Shown here one piece after another: positions 39,479 to 50,200 of a stretch of DNA of 64,000 nucleotides (the first letter of the stretch is position 1; each line of letters begins with the position of its first letter). A program made the position numbers and the translations under genes. This stretch comes from Acidimicrobiia bacterium. GTDB lineage: Bacteria; Actinomycetota; Acidimicrobiia; Spongiisociales; ZC4RG35. The stretch lies in contig CBDBCY010000004.1 in the NCBI GenBank assembly GCA_965203555.1, forward strand, positions 608,001 through 672,000, read 5' to 3'. Below the pieces are notes generated by a model. The model saw nothing but the letters and a program-made list of their open reading frames with translations, did no database searches and had not been told where the DNA came from.

Positions 39479-39824
39479 GTGATTCCAGAACCGGGTCTGA
39501 TCAGGGTGCGGAAGTGGATAGACGAACGCAACGCCAGGTTGCCTCCCCCGCGCCCAAGGCCTGATCCGTTACGAGATCGACCTCACCGACTGCGCCATCA
39601 CCATCCTCGAATGCCGACCCCCGTGTCGCGATGACATGGAACCCGATTGGACCCGCCACCCGATCTGTCGTTTCCGCTACACCAAGGTCCGGAACGAGTG
39701 GTCGCTCTATTGGAGAGACCGGAACCTGCGGTTCCACGAGTACGACCTGGTCCATCCCACACCGCTGATCGATGATCTGATCGCAGAAGTAGACCGAGAC
39801 CCGACCTGCATCTTCTGGGGCTGA
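39479..39824 (+). CDS. DUF3024 family protein with one frameshift (extra C at 39545-39549)
   Basis: IRYEID...ITILECRPP...PICRFRY...WSLYWRDRNLRFHEY...DPTCIFWG; N-terminus is in another frame. Confidence 0.75.
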
Positions 39825-39916
39825 TCGCCCAAAGCGACAAACGGAGCCGCCGCCAGCCGTCTCAGGGGTGGTTTTCGGTTGCACAGGCACTCACCCTCAA
39901 CGCATTCGATCCAGGG

Positions 39917-40139
39917 CTACTCCTCAAACTCGTGGGATGAAAAACCCAGTTGCGTGGCGTTTTCCCTGACCACCCTCACTATGCGATCATCGAACTTCTC
40001 GGCCTTGGCGTTCACTTCAAGCGAGATGGTGACCTCGCCAACCCGGCGGAGGTGGGTGACCACCTCTTTGAGAATGCCCTCCAGATCGCGAATGGCCCTG
40101 ACCGAATCCAGTTCAATCTCGCCGTAGAAACGGGTGAGT
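39917..40139 (-). pseudogene. C-terminal remnant of a DUF499-type ATPase gene
   Basis: Hand translation: LTRFYGEIELDSVRAIRDLEGILKEVVTHL...VTISLEVNA...RVVRENATQLGFSSHEFEE-stop. Confidence 0.65.
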
Positions 40140-40629
40140 GATTGAGGCGATGGCGTACGGTCTGCCCTGAGGAGGCTTGTATGGGACTAGTGCCGCATAA
40201 GGCGGCGAATGACGCTTCTGAGGTCATGCGGTGGGGATTGTCACCGGCTGCGATCAACAGGGTGGCGGCAGTGTCGGCGCCGACTCCTCGGGCAGCAAGC
40301 AGCGCCGGGTTGGCCTGGGCGCAGAGACGATGGATCTCGTCACGGTGGGTGTCAACCCCACCAAACACAATCCGGGTTTCTTCTGACATTGCCCTGCTCG
40401 CTCCTCTCAGATACAATTTCGTTCCTGTTCCCCTCTGACCCGAAAAAGCGGTAGACAGTCCACTCACGGTGGGCAGAGCAAAGCTCCTATCAGGTCACAT
40501 CCGCCCTGTCGGGGGGAACACCCCCCAGTCCGAAGGCGGGCCGACAGATCACCGAAAAGGCACCAAGCCAGATCCAGGCAGGGTCAGGCCCGCCCCGGAC
40601 CGGGGAACACCCCACCACTATGAGTGGAT
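40140..40629 (-). mobile_element. IS110-family relic: intact left non-coding end, deleted recombinase, right end lost
   Basis: 40140-40389 encodes GGVDTHRD fused directly to GVGADTAATLLIAAGDNP...FAALCGTSPIQASSGQTVRHRLN; ATC at both junctions. Confidence 0.9.
40410..40615 (-). ncRNA. Predicted IS110 bridge RNA (two stem-internal-loop domains)
   Basis: Stems GGTCCGGGGCGGGCC/GGCCCGCCTTCGGACT and CCGACAGGGCGG/CCGCTTTTTCGG; loop segments match the element junctions. Confidence 0.75.
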
Positions 40630-40938
40630 TCAGGGTAAGGGAGTAGCGAGAAACCCCAGGTCAGAGGGCCAGTCAATAGACAGGAATAGTCAGGGAATAG
40701 TGATTCATCGATAGCATGCGGAAGAAAACTTTGCAGCTCCTTTAGGAATCGGTGGTTGATCCAGCCCAGAGAAGCCAGCGTTGGGATCGCTCCGCCGATC
40801 TCATCATCACGCAAATGCGGTTTCCACCTCTTGACTGCAACAGCCCCACGACCTCTACAATCAACCAACGAGCAACACCGTTAGGAGGCTGCTGATTATT
40901 CGGGAGTGATGTGACCTTCCAACCGGTAGGAGGTGGTT

Positions 40939-42492
40939 CTAATCCACTCTCAAATCCCCAGGGTCCGAGGCCGCCATCGCCGCGATCCGTTCCACCACCT
41001 TCCGGCGGGGCTCTGAACGAGTCCTCTCTTCAATCTTTTCGAATACTCCGGGATCTGCGCCCTCGATAATCGGAACCAGCCCCAGCACATCCTCCACTTT
41101 CGGCCATGCGGCGCCCCTCCCGGCGATCAGTCCGACCGCGACCGGCCACGGGTCATCTCCCGGATACGCCCACGGAGCCTCTCCCGCATCCTCGGCCGCC
41201 CATCGTTCTAGCCGCTCCCGGAAGGAGGAGCGGTCGGGCGACCGGTTTCCTCCAGAGTTCGGCTCGCCACTCACACAATTAAGAATCGCCGATCCCACAG
41301 CTTCGGCGAGAGCAGGGGGCACGGCATTGCCTATCTGCTGAAACTGGCGCGAGCGGGACCCGGCAAAACGGAACGAGTCAGGAAAGGTCTGGATGGGGGC
41401 CGCTTCCCGGACGGTCAAAGTCCGGTGCTGTTCCGGATGTATGTACCAGTACCCGTCCTTGGCGATATGCGCCGTGATCGATCGGGAAAGACCCGACCAG
41501 TCAAGGCGATTGTACTTGTCGTCGAAGATATCGTCCCGGTATCGCTTCACCGTCTCCGGCAGATCCGAATACAGTGTGTCGGATGTCAACAACTCGAACG
41601 CCTCGTGGTCATCTTCCCGGACAGCCCGGGTTGTATGGTCATACACCACGTCGAGGTCACCCTCGGTGCAGGAATTGCGTGCATTTCGGGCGAAACCACC
41701 GATGTCGGATTCGACATACGGCATGATCTCCGATCCGATCGGCGTGTCCGGCGCGATGTCGAGCACCGGCAGATCACCGATGGCATCCCGCACCGTTACC
41801 TGCCCCTCAGGATCGGGCCATTCGAACACAGTTCCCGTGCGAACTCCGACCACTATCAGTCGCTGGCGTGCTGTGGTACGCCATGAACCCAACTCTCAAC
41901 AATCCGGGCGTCCACCTCATATCCGGCGTTCTCCAACCGGCCGATCATCGCCCTGAGTACGATCATGTCATCGGCGAGCGCCATGTCGGGCACATTCTCC
42001 ATGAGAACCGCTCGTGGCCGGACGCGCTCCACGACTTCCAGGAAGGCTCGCCAGAGTTCCTTTCGCATATCGACCGAATCGCGAATCCCCAGATTTACAA
42101 GGCTCCTGATCTTCGACCGACCGGCTCTCGAAAAGGGTTGGCACGGCGGCCCGGCAGCAATCAGATCCACTTCGATGCCGTCGAACAGTTCCACCACCTC
42201 GTTACGAGACTCCTCCACCGCCAAGTCGAGGCCGAGGGCGAGAGCCGGGAAATTGTGAGCGTGACTCTCCAACGCCCATTCATCCGAATCCACGGAAAGC
42301 ACAACCCGGAACCCGGCCGCCTCCAGACCGCAACTCAGTCCACCGGCGCCGGAGAAAAGATCAACGGCAATCGGGAGGGTTGGACGACGCAGCCACGAAC
42401 GCCATTCCGCCCGCGACGGAGCATCGGGATGAAGAGCAAGACGCAACGGCTTCGTGGGCCGCGCCTTTAACCCCGAACCTGCGATCACTCAC
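40939..42492 (-). pseudogene. C5 DNA cytosine methyltransferase with degenerate HhH-GPD-like tail; frameshifted
   Basis: DLFSGAGG, GPPCQPFS, MENV, VPQH/RQRL (shift near 41868), LTVREAA..QTFP, QIGNAVPP; probable second shift near 42468. Confidence 0.85.
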
Positions 42493-42923
42493 TCGCGGAC
42501 CTCCCGTCGGGCATAGGACGAATCAAACCTTGGCATCGGCAATATCCGACCGGCAAGTGCTGGATATCGATGTGGAGAAACGTTGAGCATCACCGCATAC
42601 CGGGTTGGGACAGACTCATGTCCTGGGATATTCTACGATCCGCTGCCTCAAGAATGGGAGAACACCCGAACAGCCTGGCATCTGACACCGTGACCGATAG
42701 CAACCCGCAAAGTCCCCCACCGGGGCGAGGAGACAAACGCGACCATCCAGCATTTTCCGGGGAGACGGTACGGAAAAGCTACATTACCGGGAGTCAACTT
42801 CGTTTCGCTCGTGGCGCCCGAGGCGGGCTTTGTTGATGTCTCACGCCGGGCCGTGGGTCACCGATCAGGTAGGCCGTCCGGGGCTGAACGGCCGGTGGGC
42901 GTCACCGTCGTGTAACCCTCCTC

Positions 42924-43328
42924 TCAGGTGATGAACGGGTCCAGCACCTCCACTCCGAGTTGGCGAAAGTCCCGAATGTTGCGGGTGACGACCGTCAGTC
43001 CATGCACCTGGGCGGTGGCGGCGATCATCGCGTCCTCCAAGAGGGACCTCGGCCGGCCATGTTTGATCCGGGCCCAAACCCGGAAAGCCTCCGCATCCAT
43101 TGGCAGGACCCTGTGCGAGGAAAGCACCTGACCGAGCCACCTTTCCAGGTCCTCCGCCTTGGAATGATCCCTCTCCCGGCAGATCTCGATACCTGCCTGG
43201 ATTTCACCAACCGTCACCACCGAGAGATACAACCGATGTCCCGGAGTTGCACCTATCCATCGCAGGACCCCCGGATTCGGTCTGGGCCGGCGCAGTTCGG
43301 AAACGATGTTGGCATCGAGCAGGTACAC
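42924..43328 (-). CDS. vapC: VapC PIN toxin
   Basis: YLLDANIVSE...VTVGEI...DAMIAATA...VTRNIRDF. Confidence 0.92.
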   Translation of the reverse strand: MYLLDANIVSELRRPRPNPGVLRWIGATPGHRLYLSVVTVGEIQAGIEICRERDHSKAEDLERWLGQVLSSHRVLPMDAEAFRVWARIKHGRPRSLLEDAMIAATAQVHGLTVVTRNIRDFRQLGVEVLDPFIT

Positions 43329-43330
43329 GA

Positions 43331-43585
43331 TCAATCCATTTCGGGGAGGGAACGATGGCGATGTCCCGCCCGAGGAGGAGTCAGCGATTCCGTCCTGCCC
43401 TCCGGCGCCAATAACCACTCCTTGATTCCCGGCCTCGCCCGTTGCTGTAGCTCCCACCACTCGCCCATCGCCACCAGGACGGCTGTCTCCACCCCCCGTT
43501 TTGTGACGATCTGCGGCCCTTCCACCTGGCTCTTCTCCAACATCTCACTGAACCGCGCTTTTGCCTCCTGCACCTGCCATGCCAT
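43331..43585 (-). CDS. Phd/YefM family antitoxin
   Basis: WQVQEAKARFSEML...GPQIVTKRGVETAVLV. Confidence 0.92.
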   Translation of the reverse strand: MAWQVQEAKARFSEMLEKSQVEGPQIVTKRGVETAVLVAMGEWWELQQRARPGIKEWLLAPEGRTESLTPPRAGHRHRSLPEMD

Positions 43586-43607
43586 TCTTCGGCCCTCCTA
43601 ATCTCAC

Positions 43608-43628
43608 ACTAGTCATAAGACTAGTCAT
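43608..43628. promoter_or_regulatory. Tandem ACTAGTCAT boxes, likely TA autoregulatory operator
   Basis: 43608-43616 and 43620-43628, each with palindromic ACTAGT; a related TGACCGGTCA lies upstream of the paralog (37796-37805). Confidence 0.6.
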
Positions 43629-43976
43629 CGTACCTGCTGTCGGCTGAACCCAGACCCCTTGTAATAGATGGCGGTGTCCTCTTTGGACTCTGAATGCACT
43701 TAGTGCAAGGATGTGTCCACGTACAGGATCACTTCGTCGGTTCGGTTGGTCACCGACGACCTCCATTCCTGTTCCCGCGCCCTGCTCATCCGGCAGGTAC
43801 TCGATGACGGGCACCATCGGAACGCAATCGAAGCCTCTCACGATCCTGCGGCATGTTCGCTCCCGGCAAACAGGCGAACGGCGCAGACCTGGATCTTTCC
43901 CATCCCTAACTAAAGCGGATCATCTACCATTAACGCGACCACTCGCCAACCACCGCAATCAGTAGCATTTGGAGAA

Positions 43977-44933
43977 ATGGCCCCGGGATTGGAACGGACC
44001 AAGACTTCCAGCTATGTGATCTATGAATTGCTGGAGCTCGTCGAGAACGGGAGCATCCGGATTCCTCGTTTCCAGCGCGGGCAGCGGTGGGGGCCCGGTG
44101 ATGTCGTCAAGCTGTTCGACAACGTTTACAAAGGATACCCGGTGGGCACCCTGCTCCTGTGAAAGCGATCTGCTCCGGAGGCCGACGTGACGCTCGGCGG
44201 GATCCACATCCGGGCGGCGGAGCGCACGGATGTGCTGTGAGTGGTGGACGGCCAGCAACGTATCACCTCACTCGCCACCGTCCTACTGCCGACGGAAGGC
44301 ACGGAGGAAGCCAGACCTGCCCTCTTTTTCGACCTCCGCAGGGAGCGGTTTGGATGGAGACGCCGGGGCGGTCCAGAAGGCGACACCCCATCTACCAGTC
44401 CGGGAGGCGTACAAACTGCCTCGCGTGATGGCTTGGATGCAGGAGCGGAGTCTGGATGAGCATGGAACGGGCGTTCAAGCTGGCCGACCGGCTGCGAAAC
44501 TACCGCATCCCGACGTATGCGGTGGGAAACCGCGGTTGACGGGGATCTGGCCTCCCTGCGAGAGATATTCGATCGGATCAACACTTTCGGCAAACGAATG
44601 ACCCGCGCCGAGGTGTTCCACGCACTGACCGCCTCCGACCCACCGAAGGGACGGGACCTGCATTACCTCGCCGACCGGATTGCATCCAGGGGATGGGGGA
44701 TCACAAAAGACAGCACTCTGATGATATGTGTCCTGTCGATGGACGGCCCCGACGTGCTGCGCAACTTCCGCACCGAATTCGCCGGGGAGGCGGAGCGGCT
44801 GTCCAGCGCCATCGACCGAGCCGACGCCGCCATCGGACGCGCGGTCGACTTCCTGCAAGACGCTGGAGTCCCGCATCTCGATCTGGCGCCCTACCCGTAC
44901 CTCTTGGTGGGGTCGTTCGCCTTGGACAGGTAG
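43977..44933 (+). pseudogene. DUF262 (GmrSD/ParB-like) pseudogene
   Basis: IPRFQRGQRW, GYPVGTLLL-TGA, VL-TGA-VVDGQQRITSL, EIFDRINTFGK; two in-frame stops and several frameshifts. Confidence 0.88.
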
Positions 44934-44955
44934 AGCAGCGCCTCTTGATCGGATG

Positions 44956-45351
44956 TCACAGGATTTTGATGGCATGGCGCCGGACGCTGCGGAAGAACAT
45001 CGTGTCCCAGGATCGCAAATGTTCGGGCGGAGCGGCGTAGAGCGAAATCATGCTCTGGGTCAGGTACTCGTATCTCTCTCTCAACTTCTCCCGCAACTCG
45101 GGCAGGGCTCTCCACCGTCGATTACGGGGACTGTCCTCTTCAGCCAGCAGCATCAACAGGTCCAGGTCAGATTCGGCCTGCCAGTCCCCCCGCGCTCTCG
45201 AACCGTGCATCCAGACTTCCACCAGCCGGTCCCCGTACACCTCCCTGGCGACGCCGGCCACCGCCAATGCCGCCGACAGAGCGTCTTCGGCTGACGGCCA
45301 CGGGTCGGTCCCGTCCGCCAAAGGCTTCTCGGTGACAGCCGGCAGGGACAT
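44956..45351 (-). CDS. Minimal nucleotidyltransferase (MNT/MntA-like)
   Basis: HGSRARGDWQAESDLDLL. Confidence 0.88.
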   Translation of the reverse strand: MSLPAVTEKPLADGTDPWPSAEDALSAALAVAGVAREVYGDRLVEVWMHGSRARGDWQAESDLDLLMLLAEEDSPRNRRWRALPELREKLRERYEYLTQSMISLYAAPPEHLRSWDTMFFRSVRRHAIKIL

Positions 45352-45383
45352 GGGTACTCAGATTACCCGGAGTCCCGGGATGG

Positions 45384-47216
45384 CTACCACCAGCCTTTTT
45401 CTACCAGTAGTTTCTTGAGGTTGCGCTTGCGCCAGTGTTCGGTCCGCACCCACTCCATGAGGTACTTGAAGCGTTCGGGCACTCCGGCAGCCTCGGACAA
45501 TAGATGGATGCGCCCCATGAGATCGACCGCCGATTGGTAGGCGGAGTTCCTTTTCCGGTCTATCAGAGAGCTGACCTCCGCCTGGTATGCAGCCATCGAT
45601 TCAAGAGGGTGGGTGTCCTCGCGCGCCCTCGTCATCGACATCCGCATCTCCGGCCCGCATCCGAAGTCCGCAGCCGCCTCCCACGCCTCTTCCCGGCAGC
45701 CTTCGAGGAACAGTATCTTCACCAGGGCATCGGCATCCTTGGACACCACCGAAGGGTGCCTGGCGTCCGATTCGGGCTCGGGCGATGACAAACGGCCGCG
45801 AAGTTCTTCCACGCCGCGGCGGAACCAGTCCACGTCCGCCTGCGGACCCCTGTCCGATTCTTCCAGCAGACGGCGGTAGGTGGTCAACGACGGATGGGCG
45901 GCAAAGGCGTCCCAGTACAGAGACAACGCTTCCCGGTCCTCACCGCGTTTGCGCAGAGCCGCGGCGAGATAGTCGCGCAAATCGTCCCCGAACGACCATG
46001 GAGGGGGGTGGCCGCGCAGCCCTCGGCGAGCCCATTCGAGAGCCTCATCCTCCCGGCCGGCGTCGTCCAGGACACGACTGATCTCCCAGCAGGCACTTGG
46101 CCCTATCCCGTCGGCCTTATGCGCTTCGATGAGCGTATCGGGATCGTCGGTTGCCCGTGCCCAGCATCTCAGAGCCCGGTGGGACCAGTTGTTGAGGAGT
46201 GCGTCGCCGCGGTCCCGGCGGGAGGTTCGTTGTTCACTCTCCCGCTGACGGTCGATCAGACGCCGGTATTCGGCCAGGCCGGCCTCGCCCAACACCTCCG
46301 CGTAGGTCCACACCGCGCAGCCCAAGAACTCCCATTCCGGGGCTGATCCAAACTCCAGTTCCACCAGCCGGCGCGCCAGTTTGACCGGGTCGGGTTGGCC
46401 GGTGACGCAGGCCCGATAGTGAAGTTCGAGCAACCGCTCCGAGATGTCATCCACCCACCCTCCGATGTAGTTCACGTAACTGCAGGCTGCCGAAGCCAGC
46501 CGGCAGCCATAGTCGGTCAGTTCCATCACGGCCCTGCAATGGCCCTTTTCCAGCAGACTTTCGAGACCGTCCATCACCTGGTGTACGCCTGCCGTCCAGT
46601 CGTCGGCCTCGTGGTCGTGGACGAACGGTCCCCGAGGCGGCGCGAATGCCGAATCCAAACTCCGCCGCCAGGCCGCCGAATCGGGGACCCCTCCGGGTCC
46701 GGCGGCCGCCTCCGCCAGCAGTCGTTGCCGCAGTCCGACATCCGAGGAGGCCTGCTTCACGACGATTGCCACCAAACGGTGGAACGAGAGCCCATGAAGG
46801 TAATCCGACAACTGATCACGTTCGCGAGAACCTGATGCGGAGGACGTCACGGTCCTGGTCGGCTCGGGCCGGAACCGCTTCTCCGGCTCCTGCTCAGCGG
46901 GGTGGAGGGACAACGCCACCGCCACACAGTGTTTGCAAAATGATCCGTCCGCGGAGGCGGGACAGGTGCAGGACCAGCCGGGCCTGCCGCCGTCGACCCA
47001 CAATCTCACCAGGTACGGCACGGTGCCCAACACCACGACTTCAAGATGTCGGTCATCCCCGGCCGGACATCCAATCGCCTCTCGGAGACTGCGGTGGCTG
47101 CCTCGGCGGTATGACGTGGGCGTGGCGAGTTCTTTTATCACGGACGCGCTGAAAACCTGGGCCAGGGTGCGGGTGATCGAGGCTTCGTTACTGCCGGACT
47201 CGTCTTCCGTTTTCAA
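45384..47216 (-). CDS. SWIM zinc-finger protein with helical/TPR-like C-terminus
   Basis: CTCP...FCKHCVAVAL; C-terminal HWRKRNL; start overlaps the dnaE stop. Confidence 0.85.
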   Translation of the reverse strand: MKTEDESGSNEASITRTLAQVFSASVIKELATPTSYRRGSHRSLREAIGCPAGDDRHLEVVVLGTVPYLVRLWVDGGRPGWSCTCPASADGSFCKHCVAVALSLHPAEQEPEKRFRPEPTRTVTSSASGSRERDQLSDYLHGLSFHRLVAIVVKQASSDVGLRQRLLAEAAAGPGGVPDSAAWRRSLDSAFAPPRGPFVHDHEADDWTAGVHQVMDGLESLLEKGHCRAVMELTDYGCRLASAACSYVNYIGGWVDDISERLLELHYRACVTGQPDPVKLARRLVELEFGSAPEWEFLGCAVWTYAEVLGEAGLAEYRRLIDRQRESEQRTSRRDRGDALLNNWSHRALRCWARATDDPDTLIEAHKADGIGPSACWEISRVLDDAGREDEALEWARRGLRGHPPPWSFGDDLRDYLAAALRKRGEDREALSLYWDAFAAHPSLTTYRRLLEESDRGPQADVDWFRRGVEELRGRLSSPEPESDARHPSVVSKDADALVKILFLEGCREEAWEAAADFGCGPEMRMSMTRAREDTHPLESMAAYQAEVSSLIDRKRNSAYQSAVDLMGRIHLLSEAAGVPERFKYLMEWVRTEHWRKRNLKKLLVEKGWW

Positions 47217-50200
47217 GCCACTACCGAGTCGGCGCCCAGCAGTTCCCGGAGTTCGGTGACCATCTGCGCATCTCCGCTGACCTTTGGCTTGGAGGTGTAG
47301 ATGTGTTGGCCGCTCTCCCTGATGTGGAAGACCACCCGCTTGGCGCCCGGATGGCGACGCAGCACCGCGCCGAGTTTGTGAGCGTTGTCCCGTTCTCCTA
47401 TAAAATTCACGCTCAAGCTGATGTCCAGAGAAGGTGGCGCCTTCTTCAGCAACTCGAGGCGGGTGCAGATCAGTTGTACTTCATCTTCTCGCCGGTCCAC
47501 CCGGCCCCCGATCGCCACAATCTTATCCACCGCCAGGATGTCCTCATACCGCTCCACCATCTTTGGAAAGACCACCACCTCCACCTCACCGTCCATGTCC
47601 TCGATGGTCAGCACCATCATCCGGTCACCCTTGCGGGTCCACTTCACCGTCAGAGATGCGATCAGTCCGGCGATCTTCACCTTGGCCCCATCGGGATGGT
47701 TCTCCAATCCCGTGGTCGTCACATCGGCGGCCGCTCGAAGATCACGGGCTCTCTCCGCCAAGGGATGATCGGAGAGGTACAGTCCCAGCATTTCCTTCTC
47801 GAACCCCAGCCGCACCGACTTTTCCCACTGCCGGTCGGGCACGTCGGGAAGGGTGAGATCGGGCGATCCTCCACCGCCGAACAGTGAGAACTGGCCGGCC
47901 TGCTCCCTGCGACGGCGATCCACAACCGAATCGACAATCAGGGGAAGCACTTCCGTCAGGCCCCGGCGGGTATGTCCCAGGCTGTCGAAACCCCCCGCCT
48001 TCACCAGCGATTCCAGCGTGTTGCGTCGCAAGGCGTCCACCGCCACTTTCTCGCAGAAGTCCATAAAGCTTTGGAAGGACCCCTTTTCCCGGCGGGCTTC
48101 GATGATCTTTTGCGCCACCGACTCTCCCAGGTTGCGGATCGCCGAGAGCCCCACTCTGATGCTGCCCGAGTCAACCTGGTAGTCCAATCCGGAACCGTTG
48201 ACGTCCGGTACTTTGACCGACACTCCCATCCGTTTGCATTCCTTCAGATACATGGCGGTGCGGTCGCGGTTGCTCTTGGAAGAGGTGAGCAGGGCCGCCA
48301 TGTACTCGGCCGGATAATTCGCCTTCAGATAAGCGGTCTGGTAGGCGATCAGCCCGTAGCAGGCCGAGTGCGACTTGTTGAATCCGTACCCCGCAAAGTG
48401 GCTGATCAGATCGAACAACTCCCGGCCGGTCGAACGGTCATGTCCCTGAGCCGCGCAGCCTTCGACGAATTTCTCCTCCTCGGCGTCCATCACCGCCTTG
48501 ATCTTCTTGCCCATCGCTTTTCGGAGATTGTCGGCCTCCTCCATGGTGTAGCCCGCCATGGTGCGGGCGACCTCCATCACCTGCTCCTGGTAGACCAGGA
48601 TCTGGTAGGTGGGATCCAACACTTCGTTCAGCATCGGATGGAGCGGCTCCACCCGGGCCCTCCCGGTCTTGCGGTCGGCATAGAGAGTGTGCATGTTGGC
48701 GCCCATCGGACCGGGCCGGTAGAGCGCCACCAGCGCGACCACGTCGTCGAAACGATCGGGACGGAGCCGCTGGATGAGGATTCTCATCTGGTCGCCCTCC
48801 AGCTGGAACACCCCGATGGTCTCCGCAGCCTGCAGCAACTCGAATGTCTTGGGATCGTCGAGCGGAACCCGGTCGATGTCGGGCCGCGGTCTCCCCGACT
48901 CCTCCACCATGTCCAGGGTCCTTTCGATGGTGGACAGGTTTCTCAACCCCAGAAAGTCCATCTTCAGAAGGCCGAGTTCCTCCACCGCCCCCATCTCGTA
49001 CTGGGTGACCACCTCCGCTTCCCTGCCCTTTTGCTGGACAGGGACCAATTCGGTCATCGGAACCGGGGAGATCACCACCCCCGCGGCGTGGATGGAGTCC
49101 TGGCGGCGCAGACCCTCCAAGCCCCGGGCGGCGTCGATCACCTTGCGGGCGTCGGCGTCGCTGTTGTAGGCTTCTCGCAACCCCGCCGCATTGGCGTACC
49201 AGTCCTTCACGATGCCGTCGCTGCCGGCCTCAGGTGGATTCAGGCACTGGATCAGCGAAGCCTCCCTGCCGAGGATGGCCGGGGGCATCTGCTTGGCCAA
49301 CTGGTCTCCCACCCGGTACTCGAATCCGTACACCCGGGCGGCGTCGCGGATCGCCTGCTTTCCCTTGATGGTGGCGAAGGTGACGATCTGCGCCACGTGA
49401 TCGGAGCCGTACCGCTCCCGGACGTAGTCGATGATCTCCGACCTGAACCTCTCGTCGAAGTCCATGTCGATATCGGGCATCGCCGCCCTTCCGGGGTTCA
49501 GGAACCGCTCGAAGATGAGTCCGTACTCCAGCGGATCGATGTGAGTGATCTCCAGGCAGTAGGAGACCATGGAACCCGCCGCCGAGCCCCTGCCGGGCCC
49601 GGTGCGTATCCCTCGCTCCCGGGCCTCCCGTATCAAATCCCAGATGATCAGAAAGTAGGTCTGAAAGCCCATGTCCTCTATGACGCCCAGTTCGTAACGG
49701 ATTCGTTCGGAGACCGGCGCCGGGATGTGACCGTCGTACCTGCTGCGGGCGCCCTCCCGCACCAGGTGCTCCAGGTAGGAACTGTGGGTGTGGCCGGCCG
49801 GGGTGGGAAAGTCGGGAAGGAGCGTCTTTCCCATCTCCATGCGAACGTCCGCCCGTTCAGCGATCAGGAGGGTGTTGTCGCAGGCGCCGGGGTACAGGTC
49901 GGACGGGAACAGTCGTCGCATGGCTGAGGCCGATTTGAGGTAGAACTCCTGTGAACCGAACCGCAACCGGTCTTCGTCTTCGACATTGGAACCGGTGTTG
50001 ACGCACAGCAGCACGTCGTGAGCCTCCGCCTCGTCCGGATTGGTGTAGTGGGAATCGTTGGTGGCCAGCAGCGGCGCTCCCACCCGCTCGGACACTTTCA
50101 CCAATTCAGGCAGCAATCGTTGCTGTTCGGGCAGTCCGTGGTCCATGATCTCGATGAAGAAATTCTCTCGGCCGAATATGTCCTGGTAGTCGGAGGCGGC

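Noticed and set aside
42500-42920. Long intergenic region upstream of the methyltransferase as an ncRNA or control gene
   Set aside because: No convincing ORF, repeat or extended structure found by eye
43713-43913. Possible Fic/Doc toxin fragment (QVLDDGHHRNA)
   Set aside because: Only a loose resemblance to HPFxDGNxR, with no catalytic His; too weak to call
43977-44933. Genome-wide UGA recoding
   Set aside because: TGA terminates many intact genes here, often in ATGA/GTGA overlaps
47972-49927. 651-aa plus-strand ORF, and similar long ORFs at 4600-6105, 23139-24695 and 61918-63057
   Set aside because: Antisense shadows of real genes, expected from high-GC codon bias; no motifs
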